A stretch of 64,000 bases of DNA. It comes from a virus. The DNA lies in IMG/VR virus record IMGVR_UViG_3300020195_000020, positions 1 through 64,000 of that record. One strand, 5' to 3'. Of the stretch, positions 1-7,934 are shown in pieces. Under the pieces are notes generated by a model that saw nothing but the letters and a program-made list of their open reading frames with translations, was not told where the DNA came from and searched no databases. A program made the position numbers and the translations under genes. Every line of letters begins with the position of its first letter. Position 1 is the stretch's first letter.

Positions 1-125
1 CCCCGGGCAGTCACGCCCGATAGTAGGACCTGGCGGGCCGTGCGACGTGCACGGCTTGCGCCCGATCGTGGGCCAGCACAATGGCGGGCCCACGATCGGG
101 CGCCCCCTGGCGACGTCGCCAGGGG
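1..125. repeat. Structured intergenic repeat, copy 1 (may be truncated by the window edge)
   Basis: Near-identical to 1156-1277. Contains hairpins at 37-55 and 60-101 and a perfect 22-bp palindrome at 104-125 (CCCCTGGCGACGTCGCCAGGGG). Confidence 0.95.
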
Positions 126-139
126 ACCCCGCGGCCATG

Positions 140-1144
140 TTAGGCCGACATCGTGAGCGCCAGGTCGAACGCCCGCGCCTTGAGGGTCGCGCCGTCGCCA
201 TGGGTCACGCTCAAGAATCGGTTTTCCGCCCGGGCCCGTTCGTCGCGCGATTGGCGGGCCGCTTTCCCGTGGTCGACATACTCCGTCACCGAATTGACGA
301 GCGCCCACCACGTGCCGCGAATCGTCGCCAGGTTATTGGCTTCCGAAGCACGGGCCCGCGAGACTTCGGCCATCTTGCGCTCGAAGTTATTGCGGGTCTT
401 AATCGGGGCATCGTCGGCGGGCGCCGCGAACAGCTCCGCCAGGTATTCCCGCGCTTGCTGCGGGGTGCATCCAACCAGCAGCCGGCGGGCGCCATCGATA
501 TATCCGGAAAATTGCTTGTCGAATTGGGCCAGACCCTGGCGGGCGGTCGCCATTTTGCTGGCGACGTCGCCAGAATGCGGGATCCGGAATTCGCAAGTAT
601 GCTCCCCGAACGCCGCTTGCAAGGTATTCCAGCAGACCACGCGCGTATTGCACGGCTTGGCCCGGATAGCACCGCCACCAAACCACGTCGACAGCAGCAC
701 GTGCCGCAATTGGGGATCCTCGGGCGTGACATAGTCAACGGTCGGCATGCGGGCCAGCAGCACCACGCCGCGGCCGCCCTTAAGCGCGAACGCGCTTTCG
801 TAGGTCAAGATCCCATCGGGCAGCAGACCGTCAAGAAACGCGAACGCGTCGCGGTTCTGTAGGACCTGATATTCTGGCCCGACAACGGACAACGGGTCGC
901 GGGTATCCTGGCGCACGAGGGAATAAAACCCCGGCACGTCGCGCCCGTCGCGCTTCAATTGGATCTCTTCCTTCTCCACGCTCCAATCCAGGTGAGCCAG
1001 CGCCATGGCGGTTGCCGAGTCTGGCGCCCGATTGCCACCTTGGTCGAACGTCGCGCCCAATTTGTGCCACGCCGGCTTATTGGCGAACATGGCTTCGGAC
1101 ACCTGGCGGCCATCGATCATCACCTGCGAAATTTCATGGGCCAT
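140..1144 (-). CDS. DUF932 family phage/plasmid-like protein (TIGR03299-like)
   Basis: 334-aa ORF with PAWHKLG, LDWSVEK, RVVCWNTL, IRGTWWALVNSVTEYVDH and K.RAF motifs. GGAG RBS upstream. Confidence 0.85.
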   Translation of the reverse strand: MAHEISQVMIDGRQVSEAMFANKPAWHKLGATFDQGGNRAPDSATAMALAHLDWSVEKEEIQLKRDGRDVPGFYSLVRQDTRDPLSVVGPEYQVLQNRDAFAFLDGLLPDGILTYESAFALKGGRGVVLLARMPTVDYVTPEDPQLRHVLLSTWFGGGAIRAKPCNTRVVCWNTLQAAFGEHTCEFRIPHSGDVASKMATARQGLAQFDKQFSGYIDGARRLLVGCTPQQAREYLAELFAAPADDAPIKTRNNFERKMAEVSRARASEANNLATIRGTWWALVNSVTEYVDHGKAARQSRDERARAENRFLSVTHGDGATLKARAFDLALTMSA

Positions 1145-1155
1145 CGTAATTAGCT

Positions 1156-1277
1156 CCCCGGGCAGTCACGCCCGATAGTCAACCTGGCGGGCCGTGCGAC
1201 GTGCACGGCTTGCGCCCGATCGTGGGCCAGCACCTGGCGGGCCCACGATCGGGCGCCCCTGGCGACGTCGCCAGGGG
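1156..1277. repeat. Structured intergenic repeat, copy 2
   Basis: Direct repeat of 1-125. Fills the gap between the stop of 1290-1511 and the RBS of the DUF932 gene. Confidence 0.95.
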
Positions 1278-1289
1278 GCGCCGCGGCGG

Positions 1290-1511
1290 TCACGATTGCA
1301 GGCGGGCGGACATACGGGCCAGCAGCACGCTAGCCCGCGACAATCCGGCGGCCATCACCTGGCGGCCGATCTTGCCAGTTTGGGCCGCGGCGCGGCCGAT
1401 CAACTCCCGGGCATCGGCGGGCGCCGGCGCGGTCGCACCATAGGCCGATCCGATAAACGCGAACGGGCAGGCGGCCGCGGCGGGTTCGTTTGTTTTGGGT
1501 TCGCTGGTCAT
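1290..1511 (-). CDS. Small hypothetical early protein
   Basis: 73-aa ORF preceded by GGAGATCCTGACC-ATG, a leader shared with the next gene. Confidence 0.6.
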   Translation of the reverse strand: MTSEPKTNEPAAAACPFAFIGSAYGATAPAPADARELIGRAAAQTGKIGRQVMAAGLSRASVLLARMSARLQS

Positions 1512-1556
1512 GGTCAGGATCTCCGTTTGGGGTTTGTGGGAATGGGCGGGGGACGT

Positions 1557-1850
1557 TTAGCGCACGGCGTTTGCTTTGGCGACCGCGGCGGACAGCGCGG
1601 CCACTAGCTGGGCGGCCATCGGTGTTCCGTGGTCAGCCTTAAGCGCCGCATATTTCAGGGCAAATTCACAGGCGGCGAGCAGCTCAGCCGCGGCCGCAAT
1701 CAATGCGGCATTGGCGCGGGACTCTTCGGCGATAGCGGCCCGCGGATTGTCGACACCGTAGACGTATGCGATATAGCCTTTGCCGTCGTTCGCTTCGATC
1801 TTGTCTTGGTCAACAATCTTCCAGGGCGCGGGGGCATGCTTGGCGGCCAT
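1557..1850 (-). CDS. Small phage protein (H.P.PW...ANA.LIAAA.ELL family)
   Basis: Start moved to ATG 1850 (GGAG RBS). Contains the common phage motif ANAALIAAAAELLAAC. Confidence 0.75.
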   Translation of the reverse strand: MAAKHAPAPWKIVDQDKIEANDGKGYIAYVYGVDNPRAAIAEESRANAALIAAAAELLAACEFALKYAALKADHGTPMAAQLVAALSAAVAKANAVR

Positions 1851-1894
1851 GGTCAGGATCTCCGTTGTGGGTTTGTGGGTTGAATCGTGAGCAA

Positions 1895-2134
1895 CTAGGC
1901 CGATCGCGTGACGTCGCCAGCGGCGGAAACATGGATCCACCAGCGGGCGCCCGCCTTGGACACCTCGGGGCAATCGTCCGAATCTACGCGCACCTTGCCA
2001 CCAGCACCGGGCAGGATGAACACGCCATAACTTCCGGGAATCTTGCGGGCGGCCACGCATGCGGCCAGCACGCGGCGGACTCGCGGGCAGTCAATCCCTA
2101 GTTTGTTGCGATTGTGGCGGGCCGTGGTTTGCAT
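1895..2134 (-). CDS. Small hypothetical early protein
   Basis: First ORF after the sigma70 promoter. Start uncertain (ATG 2134 or TTG 2170). Confidence 0.5.
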   Translation of the reverse strand: MQTTARHNRNKLGIDCPRVRRVLAACVAARKIPGSYGVFILPGAGGKVRVDSDDCPEVSKAGARWWIHVSAAGDVTRSA

Positions 2135-2189
2135 GGTGTTTGCCGTGGTTTGTGGGGTGTTTGTTGTCAATCCGTCTCACCAGCACACA

Positions 2190-2218
2190 ATCCTAAGCAT
2201 GAGGTCTCATGTTGTCAA
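2190..2218 (-). promoter_or_regulatory. Strong sigma70-type promoter with a palindromic operator in the spacer
   Basis: Minus strand reads TTGACA-17 bp-TAGGAT. The spacer holds the inverted repeat CATGAG-N2-CTCATG (2198-2211). Confidence 0.8.
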
Positions 2219-2498
2219 TCGTATTGGACAAAGAATCTTGAATACCATGGCATAGCGTGCAAACCATGGCCATCTAGTGGCATGCGTCCGGGCGCCATCG
2301 CATGGACTCAAGACCATTGGACAATCGCCCGCCATTGTGGCAGGTTATGTCGTCGGTCTGATAACACCGAACAGCGCAAGCCATTGCGGGCCATCATGAT
2401 AGGACAGAGCACCGAACAGCCAGCGGGCGGCCAGCGGCACGCAATGGTCAGTGCGCCGGTAAGCATTCGCAAATCGTTGTGCCGCAATGACTTGCGGC

Positions 2499-2545
2499 GG
2501 GTCCTTCCCCGGGGGGGACACCCCGCGCGGGCGGCGGACCCCGCG
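2499..2545 (+). other. Putative cos site (cosQ + cosN-like)
   Basis: GGGTCCT (2499-2505), 23 nt, then GGGCGGCGGACCCCGCG (from 2529). Same motif and spacing as lambda cosQ-cosN as recalled, about 160 bp upstream of terS. Confidence 0.7.
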
Positions 2546-2705
2546 TTGTACTTGTCGCCAAAATTGAAAAAATCGAGGGGCCACCACCACCCCATAGTGT
2601 TATCGAATGGACCGCGGTGAGCTTCGCGCCGAATCGGTTTGACGCTACACTGCCCGCGTCGTCGATCGGACTGACGACTGTCAGCGCTGGCGGGATTCTG
2701 GATAG

Positions 2706-3380
2706 TTGGCACGCAAGAAACGCGCGACCAAACGCGCGGCTAAGGCTAAACGCAAGCCTCGGGCCGCCGCGCCCCCACCACCACCGCCGCCCCTTCTCAG
2801 CGTGAGCGCCGTCGCGAAAGCGGTCGGCGTCAATCGTCGCACTGTGGCCGAGTGGCGCGACAAAGGTTGCCCGCTCACCACGCTCAACGCCGTCATTCAA
2901 TGGCGGAACGAGAATCTGCGGTCCGATCGCCAGCCCATCGAACAGCGTGATGGCGGCGCCAGCTCGATGACTCGGCTGCACGAGGCCCAGGTCCAAGCCA
3001 ATATCCGGAAGATCAAAGGCGACACCAGGCTCCGGCACCAGCGTCTGTTGAAGGAAACCAACAAGCTGGTGGAACGCGTGTCGGTGGTGCGCGAGGTCGC
3101 CGAGCTCGTGGTCCGAGTGAAGGAGCGCATTCTGGCGCTGCCCGAGGAGCTCGAGAACCGCTTCGCGCCAGAGGTCCGCCTGCAGCTCAAGGAAGACGTC
3201 GACGAATTTGCCCGGCAGTTGCTGTTCGAAATGGCAACCTACGAGATTCTGGGCGATCCCACCGATGACTTGATTCTCGCCTCGGCCGATCTGATCCGCG
3301 CGAAGCGCGAACGGGCCGCGGCCAAGTCGACCCAGCCCCCGCCGGCAGAAGCCGGCTCCGAGACCGCGTCCAATTCATGA
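2706..3380 (+). CDS. Terminase small subunit (Nu1-like)
   Basis: N-terminal HTH (VSAVAKAVGVNRRTVAEW..KGCP), coiled coil and LV....V motif. Overlaps the terL start. Confidence 0.85.
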   Translation: MARKKRATKRAAKAKRKPRAAAPPPPPPPLLSVSAVAKAVGVNRRTVAEWRDKGCPLTTLNAVIQWRNENLRSDRQPIEQRDGGASSMTRLHEAQVQANIRKIKGDTRLRHQRLLKETNKLVERVSVVREVAELVVRVKERILALPEELENRFAPEVRLQLKEDVDEFARQLLFEMATYEILGDPTDDLILASADLIRAKRERAAAKSTQPPPAEAGSETASNS

Positions 3381-5362
3381 CCGCGTTCATCGTCGTTGCA
3401 GCCATGTTGCTGTCCGAGTCGTTTCGCCAATTCGCGCCCGATCCGCCGGTTCGCACGCTGGATTGGTGCTTGCGCGAGATCAAGAACGACCAAAGGCGCC
3501 CCTACAGCCATAGCGAATACCCGCACCTCGGCGCCCCTGGCGGGCCGATGGACGCCAACGACGATCCGACCATCCGCCGGATCGTTGAAATGTTCGCCAG
3601 CCGCCTGGGGAAAACCTTCTTTGGCCAATGCGTCCAGTTGAAGGCGGCTGACACGGCGCCGTGCCCGATGATGCTGGCCGCGTCGGTTGAGAAGCTGGCG
3701 CTAGACATCACGGCCCGCACCTATCGCATGGCCGAGCAATCGCGCAATCTGCGGCGCCAGCTTATGCCGGAGCGATTGCGACGCAAGGACCAACTCGAGT
3801 TTGAGAGTTGCCGGTTGCACCTGGCGTGGTCGCGGTCAGTCAACACTTTGGCTGACAAGAACATCAAAATCGGTCACGCTGCTGAACTCGACAAATGGAC
3901 TCGGGCACAGACCAGCACCGAAGCCGAGCCGCTGTTTCTCTTCCTGGAGCGGTTCAAAGACTTCGTGAATTACAAGGTCGTGCTAGAGAGTACGCCTACG
4001 GTCGCCGAAGTCTCTCGCATCGAGGCGTTGCTCAAGACGTCCAGCAATTGCCGGTTTAACGTGCCATGCCCGAATTGCCAACGGTATCAGGTATTGCACT
4101 TTGCCCGGCTTAAATGGGACCGCCTGCCCAACGGTGAGCACGATGTCGACGTCGCCGGTCGGACAGCCCGTTATCATTGCGACCACTGCAATGAGCCCTG
4201 CCACGATCACCATCGGGCCTGGATGATGCGCCGCGGCGTCTGGCTCCCGCATAACTGTCAGATCGATCATGAGAAGGCGCTCGAGGTGGCGGAACGCCGC
4301 AATCAGCAGTTAAAAGAGGGCACCTTCTCGGACGAGCCGGCCGGCCGCTATTGGAAGCACGGCTACGCGATCGGCGAGCCGACGCGCGATGGCAGCGTCG
4401 CCGGGTATCAACTCTCCAGCCTTTACGCGCTGTCGCTCACCTGGGGCCGGATTGCCGAGGAGTGGATCAGCGTCTACCAGGTCCCGGTCAACCGTCGCAA
4501 CTTCATCAACTCCTGGCTCGGGGAAACCTTTCGGGAGAAGAAACGCAGCGAGAAGTGGGAAAGCCTGGCCCGCCGGCTGATCGTGCAGATCCCCCGCGGA
4601 ATGGCGCCACTCTGGGCGTCGCTTCTGACCATGGGCATCGATCGCCAGAAGGACCATTACAAGTGGGTCGTCGACGCGTGGGGCCCGGGCGGCATGTCCC
4701 ACACGATGGACTATGGTCGCGCGGACGACCTGCGATCGATCCTCAAAGAACAGATTCTGAGGAAATGGCAGCACGCCGACGGCGGCACGATTGAAGTCGC
4801 GCGGGCGATGGTCGACGCCGGCTTCGACCCCGAGGAACCTTACACGGTTTCCAAGGAGTGCCTCGATGCCTCGCCGCGGATTGTCTTACTCTGCTGCCAC
4901 GGCTCGAGCCGGCCGCTGCAGGCGCCTTTCAAGATCACGGAATTAGACGAGCGGACCATCATGCCCGGTCTGCCCTACGTGCTGGTCGATGGCGATTGGA
5001 CGCAACTCGGACTCGAGCGCCAGCTCCACGAGCTGCGGCCCGGCGAAAGCGGCGCGATGTCGGTCTTCGAGGCGGAGCCGGCCGAGCATGAAGCCTTCTT
5101 CCGCGAGCTGCTCAACGACGAGCCGATCTGGGGAACCGATCGCCACAACAATCCACAGTGCAGTTGGGACCGGATCACCGAGGCCGATCCCAACGATCAC
5201 CGCGACTGCCGCAGGTACTCGACGGTCGGCCAACTGATTTACACCGAGGGAAAGCCGATTCTCAGTCGCGACCAGGAGCTGGCCAAACAGATGCCCCAGG
5301 TCACTGCCCCGCGGCTCATCACTCCCGATGGCCGGCCGTTCATGGCCGCGCCACGACGTTAA
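3377..5362 (+). CDS. Terminase large subunit, lambda GpA family
   Basis: Walker A variant ASRLGKT, ESTPT, CPNC...CDHC zinc motif, FINSWLGE, nuclease motifs MGIDRQ and NDHRDC..Y. Confidence 0.95.
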   Translation: MTAFIVVAAMLLSESFRQFAPDPPVRTLDWCLREIKNDQRRPYSHSEYPHLGAPGGPMDANDDPTIRRIVEMFASRLGKTFFGQCVQLKAADTAPCPMMLAASVEKLALDITARTYRMAEQSRNLRRQLMPERLRRKDQLEFESCRLHLAWSRSVNTLADKNIKIGHAAELDKWTRAQTSTEAEPLFLFLERFKDFVNYKVVLESTPTVAEVSRIEALLKTSSNCRFNVPCPNCQRYQVLHFARLKWDRLPNGEHDVDVAGRTARYHCDHCNEPCHDHHRAWMMRRGVWLPHNCQIDHEKALEVAERRNQQLKEGTFSDEPAGRYWKHGYAIGEPTRDGSVAGYQLSSLYALSLTWGRIAEEWISVYQVPVNRRNFINSWLGETFREKKRSEKWESLARRLIVQIPRGMAPLWASLLTMGIDRQKDHYKWVVDAWGPGGMSHTMDYGRADDLRSILKEQILRKWQHADGGTIEVARAMVDAGFDPEEPYTVSKECLDASPRIVLLCCHGSSRPLQAPFKITELDERTIMPGLPYVLVDGDWTQLGLERQLHELRPGESGAMSVFEAEPAEHEAFFRELLNDEPIWGTDRHNNPQCSWDRITEADPNDHRDCRRYSTVGQLIYTEGKPILSRDQELAKQMPQVTAPRLITPDGRPFMAAPRR

Positions 5363-5404
5363 TTCTCCGACTCAAATTATTCCAATTGCTATTCGAGGAG
5401 GACC

Positions 5405-6010
5405 GTGTCGATGGCCAAGAACAATCGCAAAGCTGCCGAGAAGTCGCAATCGCCTGTCGCCCCAACCGCGGAAGAGCTCGACGAGCAGCTCGATTCTGGG
5501 GCCGGCAACGAGACGCCGCCGGCGGGCGACGACGCTCCCGAGCAAGAGGGCCCCGAGGAAGAGGAGTCCAGTGAAGGGCCGCCGGCACCCGACTTGTCCA
5601 ATGAGTTTGGCGGCGGCGGCGATAGTGGCCCGCCAGAGTCAGCTCCGCCAGAGACGCCGCCTGCAGGAGCGACACCGGAAGAGGAGTCGCCGCCCGCAGA
5701 CGCGTGGCAACCGCCAACGCCGCCCGACGTGCACACGATCAGGGTCGCGTTTCCCGTGCTGGTGCCGCAGGATTACCCGGCCGGCGGTGCTCAGGCCCAG
5801 CGCCGCCAGCACTTCGACCTGCAGCTCTCGCCGCGGCAGGCCGAATCGGTCCGCCAGGTCTTCGCCGGTCTCAGGGAGCGGCCCCACCTGGTGCAAGAGA
5901 ACGGCCGGCCGATCGTCACTCAGGTCGACGCACTGCGTTGGATCCTTGAGCAGATCAGCACCCAGTTGCCAGAGTGCGAATTGCTGCCGCCGACTGGCGC
6001 GACGGACTGA
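5405..6010 (+). CDS. Hypothetical protein with an acidic/Pro-rich N-terminus and an RHH-like C-terminus
   Basis: GAGGAGG RBS. C-terminal strand-helix-helix pattern HFDLQL-SPRQAESVRQVF...TQVDALRWILEQI. Confidence 0.7.
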   Translation: MSMAKNNRKAAEKSQSPVAPTAEELDEQLDSGAGNETPPAGDDAPEQEGPEEEESSEGPPAPDLSNEFGGGGDSGPPESAPPETPPAGATPEEESPPADAWQPPTPPDVHTIRVAFPVLVPQDYPAGGAQAQRRQHFDLQLSPRQAESVRQVFAGLRERPHLVQENGRPIVTQVDALRWILEQISTQLPECELLPPTGATD

Positions 6011-6024
6011 CCAACCGCAGCGCA

Positions 6025-6098
6025 CAGAAAAATACGCTCTGTCCGTTCTGTCCGGACTTCGGACAGGGTAGGCGCTTGAGGCCGCGCGCCCGCACACT
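6025..6098 (+). promoter_or_regulatory. Putative late promoter/activator site, copy 1
   Basis: 30 bp identical to 52439-52468. CTGTCCG-TT-CTGTCCG-N5-CGGACAG, then TAGGCG-18 bp-CACACT. Confidence 0.75.
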
Positions 6099-6104
6099 CT
6101 GCGT

Positions 6105-6383
6105 ATGGCGCTCGACTTGGAAGTCGAATTAGAAGCGGCACAAACCGCCTACTTGGCAAATGCCGACTGGCAGTCCAGTAACAGCGTGGCGATGGCGCGG
6201 GCTTTCGTGGCTGCCTGCACCAAGCTGCTGTTGCTCGTGCCGACGATGTCCAAGCAAGCCGGGCGCTTCGAGGTCCAGTTCGACACGGGGGTGCTCGCGG
6301 CCCGTTTGAAAGTGGCCGAGAGCTTCGTGGCATCCCAGTCGTCTGGCAAAGCTGTTTCGTATTCGTTCGAAAACTCGCGCTAG
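6105..6383 (+). CDS. gpW-like head completion protein
   Basis: 92-aa helical ORF directly before the portal, the gpW position in lambdoid phages. Confidence 0.6.
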   Translation: MALDLEVELEAAQTAYLANADWQSSNSVAMARAFVAACTKLLLLVPTMSKQAGRFEVQFDTGVLAARLKVAESFVASQSSGKAVSYSFENSR

Positions 6384-6392
6384 CCGCGCATC

Positions 6393-7934
6393 ATGCCACG
6401 ACCCACCCGCACGCCCAAGATAGCCGAGTCGTTCTCCGAAATGCGAGCGGAGTATGACGCCGCGCGCGAGAACCAGTACCGCCGGCGTCGGTTCGGGGTC
6501 ACCGGGACGCCGCGGACCGCGGACTATCACGTCCGCAACGACGGCCGCTACTTCAAGATGATGGAAATCGCCCGGGACATGGATCGCAATGATCCCATGC
6601 TCGGGCAGGCCATTGATCGTGCGGTCGACAACACCATCCAAACAGGCCCAACGCTGGACCCTGATACGGGCGACAAGAAGCTCGACAAAGAGATTCGCAG
6701 CCGATTCAGCGACTGGGCCGACGATCCGGATATGTGCGACCTGGCTGGGGAAATGAACTTCCAGCAGATGGGGCGCACCGTCCTGCGGCAGTCGATCGTC
6801 GATGGCGACATCTTCCCGCTGCCGAACGAGAACGGCTCGATCGGCATGGCCGAGGCCCATCGCTGCCGGACGCCCTCGCGAATTCGCCGCAACGTCGTCA
6901 ACGGCGTGCTGTTAGACGACAACCGGCGGCGGGTGGAATACTGGTTCACCAAGGACGAGATTGACTCGGCAACGCCGATCTCGCTGGCTGACATCCAGCC
7001 GATCAAGGCCCGCGATAAGTCCGGTTATCGCCAGGTGTTGCAGGTTTACAACCCGCGGCGAGTCAGTCAGACCCGCGGCGTGACCGCCCTGGCGCCAATG
7101 GTCGACATCGCCAGCATCATGGGCGACACGGTTTTCGCCATCCTGGTCAAAATCCAGACCTCGGCCTGCTGGGCGGTTGTTCGAAACCGCAGTGTCGGCT
7201 TTAGCGGCCAGGGCGAACGGGTTAAGGCCGGTTCGCAGTCGACCGAATTCAACGCGGACGGCACAACCAGGACGGTCGAGGAAATCTACCCGGGCATGGA
7301 CATTCCCGGCCAGAATGGTGAGACCCTCACGCCATTCTCGCCCCAGGTTGTGGCGAACGAGTCGATCGAATTCATCGAAATGCTGCTGGGCTGGCTCGGC
7401 TGCAATATCGGCATGCCGATCGTGATGATGACGCTCGACAGCCGGCAGACCAATTTCTCAGGCTGGCGCGGCAGCTTCGAGCAGGCCAAGATGGGTTTCC
7501 GCGAAAACCAGCGGATGCTGACCAGGCGGTTCTACACGCCGGTCTATCAATGGAAGCTCCGCCACTGGATGGCCGAGGGAGACGAGTTCTCTCAACGGCT
7601 GCTGGGCGCCCCGCGGGCGTTCTCGCACCTCTGGGGCATGCCGAGCTGGCCATACATCGAGCCAGTCAAAGACGCGGCGGCCGACCTGCTGCAGATTCGC
7701 AACGGCCTGAACAGTCCGCGGCGGGTGCAGCAAGAACGCGGCCGCGACTTGAGTGACATCCAGGACGAGACGGTCGAAGACAACGGCCGCGCGATCGAGA
7801 TCGCGATCAAGAAGGCCAAGCAACTCACCGAAAGCCTGGGCGAACCGGTCAATTGGCGCGAGCTCTTGTGCTTGCCCACGCCCGATGGCGTCACGGTCAA
7901 ACTCGGAACCGACGAGGGGAGCCCCGCGAAATGA
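6393..7934 (+). CDS. Portal protein, lambda family
   Basis: ARDMDRND, IVDGDIF, VNGVLLD, R.SQTRGVT.LAP, NFSGWR and W.YIEPVKD motifs. Confidence 0.95.
   Translation: MPRPTRTPKIAESFSEMRAEYDAARENQYRRRRFGVTGTPRTADYHVRNDGRYFKMMEIARDMDRNDPMLGQAIDRAVDNTIQTGPTLDPDTGDKKLDKEIRSRFSDWADDPDMCDLAGEMNFQQMGRTVLRQSIVDGDIFPLPNENGSIGMAEAHRCRTPSRIRRNVVNGVLLDDNRRRVEYWFTKDEIDSATPISLADIQPIKARDKSGYRQVLQVYNPRRVSQTRGVTALAPMVDIASIMGDTVFAILVKIQTSACWAVVRNRSVGFSGQGERVKAGSQSTEFNADGTTRTVEEIYPGMDIPGQNGETLTPFSPQVVANESIEFIEMLLGWLGCNIGMPIVMMTLDSRQTNFSGWRGSFEQAKMGFRENQRMLTRRFYTPVYQWKLRHWMAEGDEFSQRLLGAPRAFSHLWGMPSWPYIEPVKDAAADLLQIRNGLNSPRRVQQERGRDLSDIQDETVEDNGRAIEIAIKKAKQLTESLGEPVNWRELLCLPTPDGVTVKLGTDEGSPAK

Noticed and set aside
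1-1290. Repeats as a CRISPR array or integron attC sites
   Set aside because: Only two long copies separated by a whole gene. No cas genes, no clear RYYYAAC/GTTRRRY ends, and the integrase shows no integron-specific features that I can see.
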